Source: a virus (taxonomy: Duplodnaviria; Caudoviricetes). From it: a stretch of DNA of 34,716 nucleotides. Position numbers and translations under genes: made by a program. Of the stretch, positions 25,739 to 33,447 are shown one piece after another (within the stretch, counting starts at the first letter, position 1; the number at the start of each line of letters is the position of its first letter). Below the pieces are notes generated by a model. It did no database searches. It was not told the origin of the DNA and saw nothing but the letters and a program-made list of their open reading frames with translations. The stretch covers positions 1 through 34,716 of the IMG/VR virus record IMGVR_UViG_3300020398_000009. One strand, 5' to 3'.

Positions 25739-26423
25739 GTCCCTCCGTTAATTTATGGAAACGACGAAACTTGGCGACCGTCAAGGCTGACGCCCACAGA
25801 ACGTCGGCCTCACCACCCACCCCGTAGTCCTCCACGGTATACGTGCCCTTTTTATTGAGGTAGACACAGATACGGCACAGCTTGCCGGCTGACCGTGGCG
25901 CTTCGCCCTGCACGACCAACTGCCGGGTCACGAGTGCCGAGTAGGCAGCAAGCTGGACTGGATGTGTCGGAGTCTTGACCCCGCTTTTGATGTCCACAAC
26001 ACACCGACGACGTACGCGACTCCGACCATTGCCAGATGTCGCCCCCTTCGCTTGCAGGAGGAGCGTCCCGACGCGATCAATCGTGCCAGCATACCCAAGA
26101 TCAGGATGCGCCAACGCCCACTCGGTGCGAGAAAACTTCGCGCCTGTGTCTTCGACAAATTGCGCCCACGCCGTGACATAGGGCAGCAGCGGATCGTCTG
26201 CCAACATCGACAGGTCGACAAGACCCGCATCGAACTGTTCTGTCAGCGCATGCACCGCGGTGCCTCGGTCCCGAGACTGCGGCGTGAAGTACGCGGTTCT
26301 CACCAGTCCTGCGTAGCCCAGCGTGGCGCTCACGCTCATCAGTTCCACCGCAAGCTCCCGAAGTGGACCCCAGTGGTACTGATGCGTGTCGGCATCGAAC
26401 CACAGCGTAGACACGTCGCTCAC
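25725..26423 (-). CDS. PD-(D/E)xK exonuclease (RecB/Cas4-like)
   Basis: HQY...SVS, RGTAVH, E...GYAGTIDR, VVDIKSG, QLAAY. Confidence 0.8.
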   Translation of the reverse strand: MSDVSTLWFDADTHQYHWGPLRELAVELMSVSATLGYAGLVRTAYFTPQSRDRGTAVHALTEQFDAGLVDLSMLADDPLLPYVTAWAQFVEDTGAKFSRTEWALAHPDLGYAGTIDRVGTLLLQAKGATSGNGRSRVRRRCVVDIKSGVKTPTHPVQLAAYSALVTRQLVVQGEAPRSAGKLCRICVYLNKKGTYTVEDYGVGGEADVLWASALTVAKFRRFHKLTEGHDAA

Positions 26424-27124
26424 TCGAACACCTTGTCATCTTTTTCCTTGACCGAATTGACGAGCTTCGTCAGCGCCTGATAGGCGTCGTTAAGATTCGT
26501 ACACCCGTGGATCGCCTGACGCTCCTGCGCCTTCGTCAACGCTGTGCCTGAAAACTTTGCCAGCACGACAAAGCCATTCCGCAGACGCTGGTCTTTCAGC
26601 ATCACGGTCGAAGACATCTTGGCCTGCGGATTGTCGTTGACCTCTCCCGCTGCATTCCCGTCGTCGTCAGAAAGTTCCGCCAGAAGCGATTCCTCCTTGG
26701 GGTCGACGGGTGCCAGGCCGCAGATTGACAACAGTCCAATGCGTCGACCGTACGTCATCGCAGACGCATACGCCTGACTCGTGTTGCCAGCCAGTGCCTT
26801 CTCGCTCGGCTGGATCGGCATCACGGTCTCCATCCACTCGCCAGAGACATGCAGCAGCCTCGTCGTGACGGCAAACTGATTGCCGACCAGACCGCCGCCC
26901 TGGACCACGACCAACCCGACACTGGCGAGATCCTGCTTAACCATGTGAATGACAAAGGGAAGCGTGGCATACGCACTCTTGAAGTGCGGATTCGTGGATT
27001 GCGCGAGAAACTCAATCCCCTTCTTCCAAAACTCAACGAGCGCCGATTGTAATTGTCCGACCTCCGACGACGCTGAGATATTGAGTGTCGTGTTGGTGGC
27101 AACAGGTATACTGGAGTCAGTCAT
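26420..27124 (-). CDS. erf: ERF-family single-strand annealing recombinase
   Basis: NPHFKSAYATL, TRLLHVSGEWME, QAYASAMTYGRR, DDDGNAA. Confidence 0.9.
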   Translation of the reverse strand: MTDSSIPVATNTTLNISASSEVGQLQSALVEFWKKGIEFLAQSTNPHFKSAYATLPFVIHMVKQDLASVGLVVVQGGGLVGNQFAVTTRLLHVSGEWMETVMPIQPSEKALAGNTSQAYASAMTYGRRIGLLSICGLAPVDPKEESLLAELSDDDGNAAGEVNDNPQAKMSSTVMLKDQRLRNGFVVLAKFSGTALTKAQERQAIHGCTNLNDAYQALTKLVNSVKEKDDKVFE

Positions 27125-27137
27125 TTGTCCTCCATGG

Positions 27138-27178
27138 ACGGGGAGGGAGCCGTACCAAGCGGCCCCTCCCGTTTTTAT
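27138..27178 (+). terminator. Hairpin between HTH gene and erf, T-tract on + strand
   Basis: ACGGGGAGGGAGCCG-loop-CGGCCCCTCCCGT-TTTTATT. Confidence 0.5.
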
Positions 27179-27429
27179 TCACCACGCGGAAACAGCACTT
27201 CAATCGCACAGCCGAAAAACTGCGCGACCTTGTGTGCGTTCCGCACCGTGATTCCATCGTAACGCTGGCGCACTAAGTCGGAGACGTAGGACTCAGGCAC
27301 GTCGATGGCGCGTGCAATCGTACGCTGAGTGACCCCAGCCAATTCAATCGCTTTCCCGACACGATTCGAGTTGACGGGTTCGCGCCGCAGTGTCGAGACA
27401 TGGTGCGTAGTGAGCGTGGCGTTCGGCAT
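27175..27429 (-). CDS. Cro/XRE-family HTH regulator
   Basis: GVTQRTIARAIDVPESYVSDLVR....ITV.NA.KVAQFFG..IE.LFP. Confidence 0.85.
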   Translation of the reverse strand: MPNATLTTHHVSTLRREPVNSNRVGKAIELAGVTQRTIARAIDVPESYVSDLVRQRYDGITVRNAHKVAQFFGCAIEVLFPRGE

Positions 27430-27435
27430 AAAGAC

Positions 27436-27465
27436 AGTCTACTGTGAAACGTGTATCTGGGTCAA
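27436..27465 (-). promoter_or_regulatory. Promoter for leaderless HTH/replication operon
   Basis: TTGACC-N18-TAGACT-6nt-ATG; ACAGT-nn-ACTGT palindrome over the -10 box. Confidence 0.65.
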
Positions 27466-27495
27466 CCCGCCGTGAACGCTCGACACAAACCACAC

Positions 27496-27533
27496 TTGAC
27501 AGGAGTATTGCCATCGTGCTAAACTACATTACT
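27496..27533 (+). promoter_or_regulatory. Early promoter, copy 2
   Basis: TTGACA-N18-TAAACT with extended TG; near copy of 16672-16706. Confidence 0.7.
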
Positions 27534-27575
27534 CAAGTAGCAGTGAACGATGCATGAAACACAAGGAGAGGGATC

Positions 27576-27866
27576 ATGACTGTAAGGTGTCGACCGTGGC
27601 TACCTAACGCGGAACACGTTGCCACGCTCATCGCGCGCGGGAACGAGAAAGACGACGAGTTCGGCAGCGTGAAGGAACGCCGCACGACCGCGCGTCGAGA
27701 GGCGAAAGCCCACGGTCACCGTCTGCACCCGTGGTCGTTCCAAGGATCTCGGAGGTGGACCTCGTACTGTGCCGAGTGCAAACAAGTCTTCATCGTCGAC
27801 GATGCCTGCTCGAACTTCGGCGGACGTATGCAGTGTGGACCGTGCGTCGTGACTGGAAGGGCATAA
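27576..27866 (+). CDS. Hypothetical zinc-binding protein
   Basis: RBS AAGGAG; HGH.L..W...CAEC...C motif. Confidence 0.65.
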   Translation: MTVRCRPWLPNAEHVATLIARGNEKDDEFGSVKERRTTARREAKAHGHRLHPWSFQGSRRWTSYCAECKQVFIVDDACSNFGGRMQCGPCVVTGRA

Positions 27867-27876
27867 GGTGCAAGAG

Positions 27877-27966
27877 ATGCCTGCTGACGCCACGCTCGCC
27901 ATCGCCGCAGCCGTGGCCCTCTTCGTCTTCGGCTGTCTCGTGTTCTACCTGTCAGACCAGGAATAG
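27877..27966 (+). CDS. 29-aa single-TM peptide
   Basis: Hand translation MPADATLAIAAAVALFVFGCLVFYLSDQE; RBS TAAGGTG. Confidence 0.5.
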   Translation: MPADATLAIAAAVALFVFGCLVFYLSDQE

Positions 27967-27979
27967 GGGGTATCCCTGC

Positions 27980-28423
27980 CTACGAGCGTGACCACGAGCC
28001 GCGTCTGAGATACCGTGCCAGCACCAGGGCGCGACTCCCAACCTGGCGCGCGTAACGACTGTCCAATAGCTCTGCACTACTGGTCTCCCAATCTTTCACC
28101 GCAATCGCCGCACGCATCTTCCTGAAGCTGTCAATCGACCCCATGTTGAAAAGCAGGGAAACGATGACCGCCTTCCGCACGTCGTTTAAACCGTTGAACC
28201 ATTTATACGTCCGCGCTTTCTTGGTCGCACGCTGAATGTCGTGCTTGAGGAGCGTCGTGATTTCACGCGGAGTCACACCACCACTCGTGAGGTTGCGCCC
28301 GACGCCAATCGTCAGGTTCCCGACCAGCGTATCTCCCACGCGCAGTGTTTTCCCGGTCGCATCGTCATAGGCCCGCAGTCTCACCCCTTCGTGAGTCCTG
28401 AGCATCTCTTCCAATGACTTCAT
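27980..28423 (-). CDS. Endolysin, phage lysozyme (GH24, T4-like)
   Basis: HEGVRLRAYDD..G...TIGVGRNL, LFNMG, ELLDSRYARQVG.RA. Confidence 0.9.
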   Translation of the reverse strand: MKSLEEMLRTHEGVRLRAYDDATGKTLRVGDTLVGNLTIGVGRNLTSGGVTPREITTLLKHDIQRATKKARTYKWFNGLNDVRKAVIVSLLFNMGSIDSFRKMRAAIAVKDWETSSAELLDSRYARQVGSRALVLARYLRRGSWSRS

Positions 28424-28659
28424 CGTGAGACCTTCATCGCCAGGACAGCACCGACCATACTGCCTGTCGCATACGACACCCACCCATACGGCACCTCATC
28501 GACAGCAGCCAGTACATTGGTATACCAACAGCAGCCGATCAGGAATGCGCCGGCCGCAATCCGACGCAGGTCACCGAGGTGGATGGCTCGTGTCTGCCAC
28601 GAGACCAGTCCCACAAGAATCACCCCTCTGACAAACAAGAGGGCGTAGCTACTTCTCAT
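28420..28659 (-). CDS. Multi-TM membrane protein (holin candidate)
   Basis: Three hydrophobic segments; coupled to lysozyme start. Confidence 0.55.
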   Translation of the reverse strand: MRSSYALLFVRGVILVGLVSWQTRAIHLGDLRRIAAGAFLIGCCWYTNVLAAVDEVPYGWVSYATGSMVGAVLAMKVSR

Positions 28660-28954
28660 GGTCGACGGCTTCCCCATAGAGAAACGCATAGGCGTCAGCA
28701 GCGGACTTCCCCTCAACCGCCATCTGCTGAAGTTGGTCTTTGACAGTCTTGTAGTAGACAGGGAGATCCAAGAGTTCATCCTCCAGATTCCGCATCGCTC
28801 CAGGCTTCGTCCAGAGTTCTCCGCCATGCTCCTGCTGACCTCGATGATACTTCTCGGCCATCGCGCGCTGAAGCCACTTCAGAATCGACTCAATGTGTGC
28901 TGTTGGACTGGTAAACCGAAACACCACAAGATGATCCATCCTCTTATGAGACAA
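28649..28954 (-). CDS. Hypothetical protein, possibly all-alpha NTP-pyrophosphatase-like
   Basis: KY..G..EHGG.L...EDELLDL..Y motif. Confidence 0.45.
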   Translation of the reverse strand: MSHKRMDHLVVFRFTSPTAHIESILKWLQRAMAEKYHRGQQEHGGELWTKPGAMRNLEDELLDLPVYYKTVKDQLQQMAVEGKSAADAYAFLYGEAVDHEK

Positions 28955-29014
28955 ACGACCATGCCGACAATGCGAAACGCGGGGAGTGGAAATCAGATAC
29001 TGGTGAGGACACCG

Positions 29015-29287
29015 TCATCGTAACCGGAGACATCCTGACCGTGCCGAATCCGTCTCAGCTGTATTCAAACATATTTGGCGGGACACTGACAGAATCTGTC
29101 GCAGTAACTCGTCACTAGACGCCGAATGTTGTGCGATCGACGTCCTGCTCTCCTGAGCATGAGTTTCGACAGCGCCCAGCAATTGAGACGTGAGGAAATA
29201 CACCAGATACAAGGCGATGGCACTCGGGATACCGACCTGCGCGATAAAGCGCGTATACCACGGGCCGTTGCTGTTAGGAAGAGACAT
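29015..29287 (-). CDS. Holin-like single-TM protein
   Basis: FIAQVGIPSAIALYLVYFL TM segment, helix, C-terminal Cys pair. Confidence 0.55.
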   Translation of the reverse strand: MSLPNSNGPWYTRFIAQVGIPSAIALYLVYFLTSQLLGAVETHAQESRTSIAQHSASSDELLRQILSVSRQICLNTAETDSARSGCLRLR

Positions 29288-29328
29288 CTACTGAACCGAC
29301 CGCCTATCGGTGCCGCGCCCCGACACGA

Positions 29329-29691
29329 TTACGCGCATGGGTCAAAGCCAAGGGATTCCGTATGAGAGGCTCGCTCTGCGAGTGAGAGACCACGAAAGCT
29401 GTCACAGCCAGTCTCTCGCGCACGGCGCATCTGATCCGCCAGCATATTCGTGATGTCCTGACTGAATCGCGCGTACAGCCACGCTTGCAGCGAACTAAAC
29501 TCACGCACCTCTCTGGTCACGGCTGGTGTGTCACTCGTCGCTGGCGTCACAATCTCCGTGACGAGCGGGTCGTTGACATCCCAAGCTGCCGTGAGACCAG
29601 CCTGCTGCTCCGGTTGCACGATCACGGTAATGGTTTGGGCAGTAACAGACGTTGCCACCAATAAGAAGGCGAATATGAGAGTAAGACGCAT
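29329..29691 (-). CDS. Secreted hypothetical protein
   Basis: Signal peptide MRLTLIFAFLLVATSVTA|Q; 2 Cys. Confidence 0.7.
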   Translation of the reverse strand: MRLTLIFAFLLVATSVTAQTITVIVQPEQQAGLTAAWDVNDPLVTEIVTPATSDTPAVTREVREFSSLQAWLYARFSQDITNMLADQMRRARETGCDSFRGLSLAERASHTESLGFDPCA

Positions 29692-29700
29692 AAGGATCTC

Positions 29701-30987
29701 CTAAGAACAAGCAGTCACAATCCCGTTGATTGTGGTGACAGCCGCTGCTGAAGTGCAGTCGACGCCCGCTGAGCCCTCGACATAAGGCACGATGGTATTA
29801 AAATCCCAAATCACCAGCCCGGTGGACGACGTAAGCTCAACCGCATTTGCCGTCGTCTCGAAGTCAAAGGTGATGTTCTCGTTATTGGTATTGCCAACCG
29901 AGGCGAGGAGCACTGTTCCAGTCTCTAGAATCGTGAACATGTTGCCTTGGCCCGAAGCGAGCACACGAAACACGCCCACTTCTGAGGAGTCGTCGTCCAC
30001 CTCCATAATGATCCCGGAGTTGGATTTGATGATGAGGTTCGACCCAGACACAGCATCTGCAATGATTGTCGCATCCCCGCCAGTCAGTCTCAGTCTGCTA
30101 TCGGAACTGCCCGTGCCAGTCCAATTCAGGACCGAGGCACCGGTTGTTGTGCCCAGGGTGATCTCGTTCGCCGTGTCGTCAAGATTGATGGTGAGACATT
30201 CATCGGCACCATTCCCCTCACCACAAATGCTCAGCAGACCGTCCCCGTCCTCGGTCAACCCCACCCCGTCTGAGCCCCCGAGTCGGAGTGTACCGTTGGT
30301 GATCTGAAGATCGCTCGACTGCGTGACATTTCCACCCTCGTCAGCCGACCAGATGGTCGCGTTCGAGCCGCTGAGAATGTTGAACGTCTCACCAGTCGCC
30401 GCGTCCTCGTCCAGGTGAAAGATGAAACTGCCGTCCGCGAGAAACACCATGTCGAGTCCGGCTCCGTCTTGGATAATTTGGCAGTCGGTAGCGTCTTGGC
30501 CGCAGTAAAGGTCGCCGTTGAAACGCCCATCTCCCGCTGTGCTGAGTTCAAACACGGACACATACGACCCACTGGCGAACGTGTTGAAGTGGATGTCGTT
30601 GTCAGACGCGACGTTTGAAATCCTCCAACTGTCGGCGTTGTCATCTGACTGATCGGACTCAAGGATAAGGTCGGCGTCGTCGCCTTCAGTCTGGGCAGTG
30701 AAGGTGAACGTCCCCAGTTCATCAAACATGACAATGGCCGCACCGGCCCCGTCGAGGACTTCAAGCGTGCCAGAATCGTCCGCGTCTGTGTCCAGTTGGA
30801 GATGAATGTCCTTCTCGGACGAAATGACGCAGTCCAGACCTGCCCCGACCGCACCACATTCAATCACCCCGTCGACCACCACGAGGGTCGGGACAGTGCT
30901 GCGAGACGGGATGATGGTGACCTGTGCGCCCGCACTCGTCGGCCACAGCGCCGCCAGAAGAACAGCAAGAGAGATCCAGTGTGTCAT
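29701..30987 (-). CDS. Secreted acidic fibre/spike-like repeat protein
   Basis: Signal peptide MTHWISLAVLLAALWPTSAGA|Q; repeated beta modules; C-terminal VTTINGIVT fibre-end-like motif; 8 Cys in 4 local pairs. Confidence 0.65.
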   Translation of the reverse strand: MTHWISLAVLLAALWPTSAGAQVTIIPSRSTVPTLVVVDGVIECGAVGAGLDCVISSEKDIHLQLDTDADDSGTLEVLDGAGAAIVMFDELGTFTFTAQTEGDDADLILESDQSDDNADSWRISNVASDNDIHFNTFASGSYVSVFELSTAGDGRFNGDLYCGQDATDCQIIQDGAGLDMVFLADGSFIFHLDEDAATGETFNILSGSNATIWSADEGGNVTQSSDLQITNGTLRLGGSDGVGLTEDGDGLLSICGEGNGADECLTINLDDTANEITLGTTTGASVLNWTGTGSSDSRLRLTGGDATIIADAVSGSNLIIKSNSGIIMEVDDDSSEVGVFRVLASGQGNMFTILETGTVLLASVGNTNNENITFDFETTANAVELTSSTGLVIWDFNTIVPYVEGSAGVDCTSAAAVTTINGIVTACS

Positions 30988-31337
30988 TATTGGTCGTCCT
31001 CGACGTCAGCCACGGGCGTCTCCTCCGGCGCACACGCCCGAAGGTTGATGTCATAGGTGCAGTCGAACGTCTCGCTAACCTCACGCACAAGGGTGACGAT
31101 GGCGACCTGCAACTCGTTCCTCTGCTTCGCAAGATCAGCCATGTCTCTATCGAGGAGGTCTTGGCCCAACTGGATGCTGTTCTGACGCTGCGCGAGAAGG
31201 TCGATACGCAATCCGATAACCTCGTCCGTCAGTGCCGTCGCACGAGGCAGTCCTGTGGACTCATCAGCCGCTTCTTGGCCGATGAGTGGCACCACGATGA
31301 GTAGCACGAACAGGATCGTGAATAGTAGCCGCGTCAT
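30987..31337 (-). CDS. Exported coiled-coil protein
   Basis: MTRLLFTILFVLLIVVPLIG|Q leader, heptad coiled coil, Cys pair; ATGA and TAATG coupling. Confidence 0.65.
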   Translation of the reverse strand: MTRLLFTILFVLLIVVPLIGQEAADESTGLPRATALTDEVIGLRIDLLAQRQNSIQLGQDLLDRDMADLAKQRNELQVAIVTLVREVSETFDCTYDINLRACAPEETPVADVEDDQ

Positions 31338-31687
31338 GGGGTGAAAATCTCGCAGGTGATAGACAGGACTCCGCTGGTCGACCCTGTCCGAAACCATTGA
31401 ATCGTGCGGGCGATGTCGTTCCCGCTGATGACCAAGACGTCTCCAACGTCCATCACCGTCCCAACGGTTGCAGACGGGGCCGTGCCGTCGTAGCGGTATC
31501 GCACCTGCGCCGTCGCCAGACGAGCGGTGCAGTAATTGTTCTGTGGATAGCCTGCCGGGTTCACCACGGAATCCGTGATGCCCGTTGCAGACGCCGCCAC
31601 GGTCAGTGCTTCAAACTCGATGTTCTCTTGCGCGATGACAGGAGCCACCAAGGCCAGCATCACCGCTATCAGTGACAATCGTCTCAT
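31334..31687 (-). CDS. Secreted beta-sandwich virion-type protein (spike-base-like)
   Basis: RBS AAGGGAG; signal MRRLSLIAVMLALVAPVIA|Q; VRYRYDGTAPSATVG motif; 2 Cys. Confidence 0.65.
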   Translation of the reverse strand: MRRLSLIAVMLALVAPVIAQENIEFEALTVAASATGITDSVVNPAGYPQNNYCTARLATAQVRYRYDGTAPSATVGTVMDVGDVLVISGNDIARTIQWFRTGSTSGVLSITCEIFTP

Positions 31688-31814
31688 CTCGTTCTCCCTT
31701 ACCGCACAGACCCGCCAGTATGCCAGTTCCAACCATATCACGAGCAGCCTGGACACAGACTGTGATGGTATTAGCTAGTCCCTCATGATTGCAGGACAAG
31801 CCATACGTGCCGCT

Positions 31815-32003
31815 CTATCCCAGATCGGTGCGTGCCTCAAAGTCTACGCCGTTCCATCTCAGCACAGACCAATCCTCCTGGTCACGGTCAGTCACTTCGA
31901 TATGCGTGTCCGGGACAGCCTGCCTGTCGTCTCCAGGCGGAAACTGACTCTCAAGTGTTGCCACCACGTTCCCGTCGCCATCAAGTTGAACGAACATACG
32001 CAT
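31815..32003 (-). CDS. Tail-fibre assembly-like small protein
   Basis: FVQLD..GNVV...LRWNG..F pattern; follows fibre genes. Confidence 0.55.
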   Translation of the reverse strand: MRMFVQLDGDGNVVATLESQFPPGDDRQAVPDTHIEVTDRDQEDWSVLRWNGVDFEARTDLG

Positions 32004-32272
32004 CAGTAATACTCCACAACTTGGTATGTCGTACGACCATTACTATTATCAGGGGCCGTCGCCATCTCCACCGTTACCGTGGTCGCGTCCGTGAGATACA
32101 ACGTCACCAGGGCTTTATTGACCGCGGTCTGCTCCGTTCTATTTCCGCTGTACGAAATCAGTGACTTCGATGCATCAACCGACGTGATGGTGGCCGTATA
32201 CGATGTCCCGCTTGAAAGATGATTGATCGTGCCTCGCTGTATCGACTTCACGACACTGGTTGCGTACGACAT
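32003..32272 (-). CDS. Tail-fibre tip-like protein
   Basis: VKSIQRG...TATITSVD.SKS...LT.ATTVT...YQVVEY. Confidence 0.65.
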   Translation of the reverse strand: MSYATSVVKSIQRGTINHLSSGTSYTATITSVDASKSLISYSGNRTEQTAVNKALVTLYLTDATTVTVEMATAPDNSNGRTTYQVVEYY

Positions 32273-32281
32273 AGTCCATCC

Positions 32282-32710
32282 TCAGAAAATGTGCCAGTTG
32301 CTACCGTCGCACACTAGCGACAGGGACGTGTATTGAGCCGCGATGACCCGCGTCGTCGCGCCGTCAATCGTCTCCGACGCATTGCCGTCGATAGTCACCG
32401 TGTTCGCGCTCGAATCGAGCTTCTTTATCTTTACCTGACGGCCTGAATTCGATGACGCCGCGTACAGCGTAATCGTCCGATTGCCACCACTGGCGTCCAC
32501 CGTGATCTGACAATCCGTGCCAGCGTCTCCCAGAGTCACCGTATAGTCCGCTGATTTGGCTAAAACGGTAACGACTGCCGAGGTGAACGACAGCGTGCCT
32601 GACCCGTCTGAGGTCAAAGCACCAGCCGCGTCAGCAGACGGCAGCGTCAGTCCATACTCCGTCCCTGCCGCAACACGCAACGCTGTATTTAATTTCGTGG
32701 CTCTCGCCAT
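32282..32710 (-). CDS. Tail fibre/baseplate-like protein
   Basis: LTLPSAD...LTSDGSGTLSF; VDASGG..TITL...IKKLDSSANTVTIDGNASETIDG...DGSNW. Confidence 0.7.
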   Translation of the reverse strand: MARATKLNTALRVAAGTEYGLTLPSADAAGALTSDGSGTLSFTSAVVTVLAKSADYTVTLGDAGTDCQITVDASGGNRTITLYAASSNSGRQVKIKKLDSSANTVTIDGNASETIDGATTRVIAAQYTSLSLVCDGSNWHIF

Positions 32711-33399
32711 TACGACGTCCTCACAAGTTCAAGACCCCACGCCTGCACATAGCTCGCTGCATTGCCGCTGATCGCCTTGATCCCATAATTCTTGCTGGCC
32801 CCAGAAGCGGCAAACGTCACCGCTGAACTCGTCACCACTTCTCCCGTGATAGACGTGCTGCTAATCGTGACAATCGCCGTATCGGGACTGCCGTCAGTCA
32901 GATTCACGAGTGCGGCTGTCGCAGCGTGTGACGCATTGGGCGTCAAGAGCATCCCACGAATAGACCACACCCCCGTGACATCAGCCGAGTCGAGCGGGAG
33001 CACCTTCGTGCCTGGACACAGCTTATCGACCGTAGTCCCACTCGGGTAACTTGTATCATTGATTGCCTGGCTCGCGTCACCGAAGAACGGAAGATTCTCT
33101 CCAATGACCGTGGTTGACAACGTGAGAGCCTGGACGTTATCCACTGTCCAGACGGTCACATCTGCGCTTGTTTTCAAGATGAACTTATAGGAATTCGAGG
33201 AAAGAAAGATGGTGGCTCGACCCGCTGAATCCAACACGACTGGATTGGCATTGGGCGTCGTTAACGCGCTAGACGTATACGTGTCCTGTGCCGTCGTCGT
33301 ACCAGCCTCATACGCATAGAGCTTGCCGCCATTCAGCGGATTCCCGTCAGAATCAAGCCCCGTGAAGATGGGGTCCGGGATCACATTGCCTGTTGCCAT
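32710..33399 (-). CDS. Tail spike/fibre with podovirus virion-binding N-terminal domain
   Basis: DSDGNPLNGGKLYAYEAGTTT...TY...NANPVVLDSAGRA.IFL...YKFILK...WTVDNV. Confidence 0.8.
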   Translation of the reverse strand: MATGNVIPDPIFTGLDSDGNPLNGGKLYAYEAGTTTAQDTYTSSALTTPNANPVVLDSAGRATIFLSSNSYKFILKTSADVTVWTVDNVQALTLSTTVIGENLPFFGDASQAINDTSYPSGTTVDKLCPGTKVLPLDSADVTGVWSIRGMLLTPNASHAATAALVNLTDGSPDTAIVTISSTSITGEVVTSSAVTFAASGASKNYGIKAISGNAASYVQAWGLELVRTS

Positions 33400-33447
33400 C
33401 GTCTCTGTCCTTCAACTATTTACGTTTTTCTTTCTAGAGAAGTAGGA

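Noticed and set aside
29329-33399. Diversity-generating retroelement or invertible tail-fibre switch
   Set aside because: No reverse transcriptase, invertase, TR/VR pair or flanking inverted repeats seen
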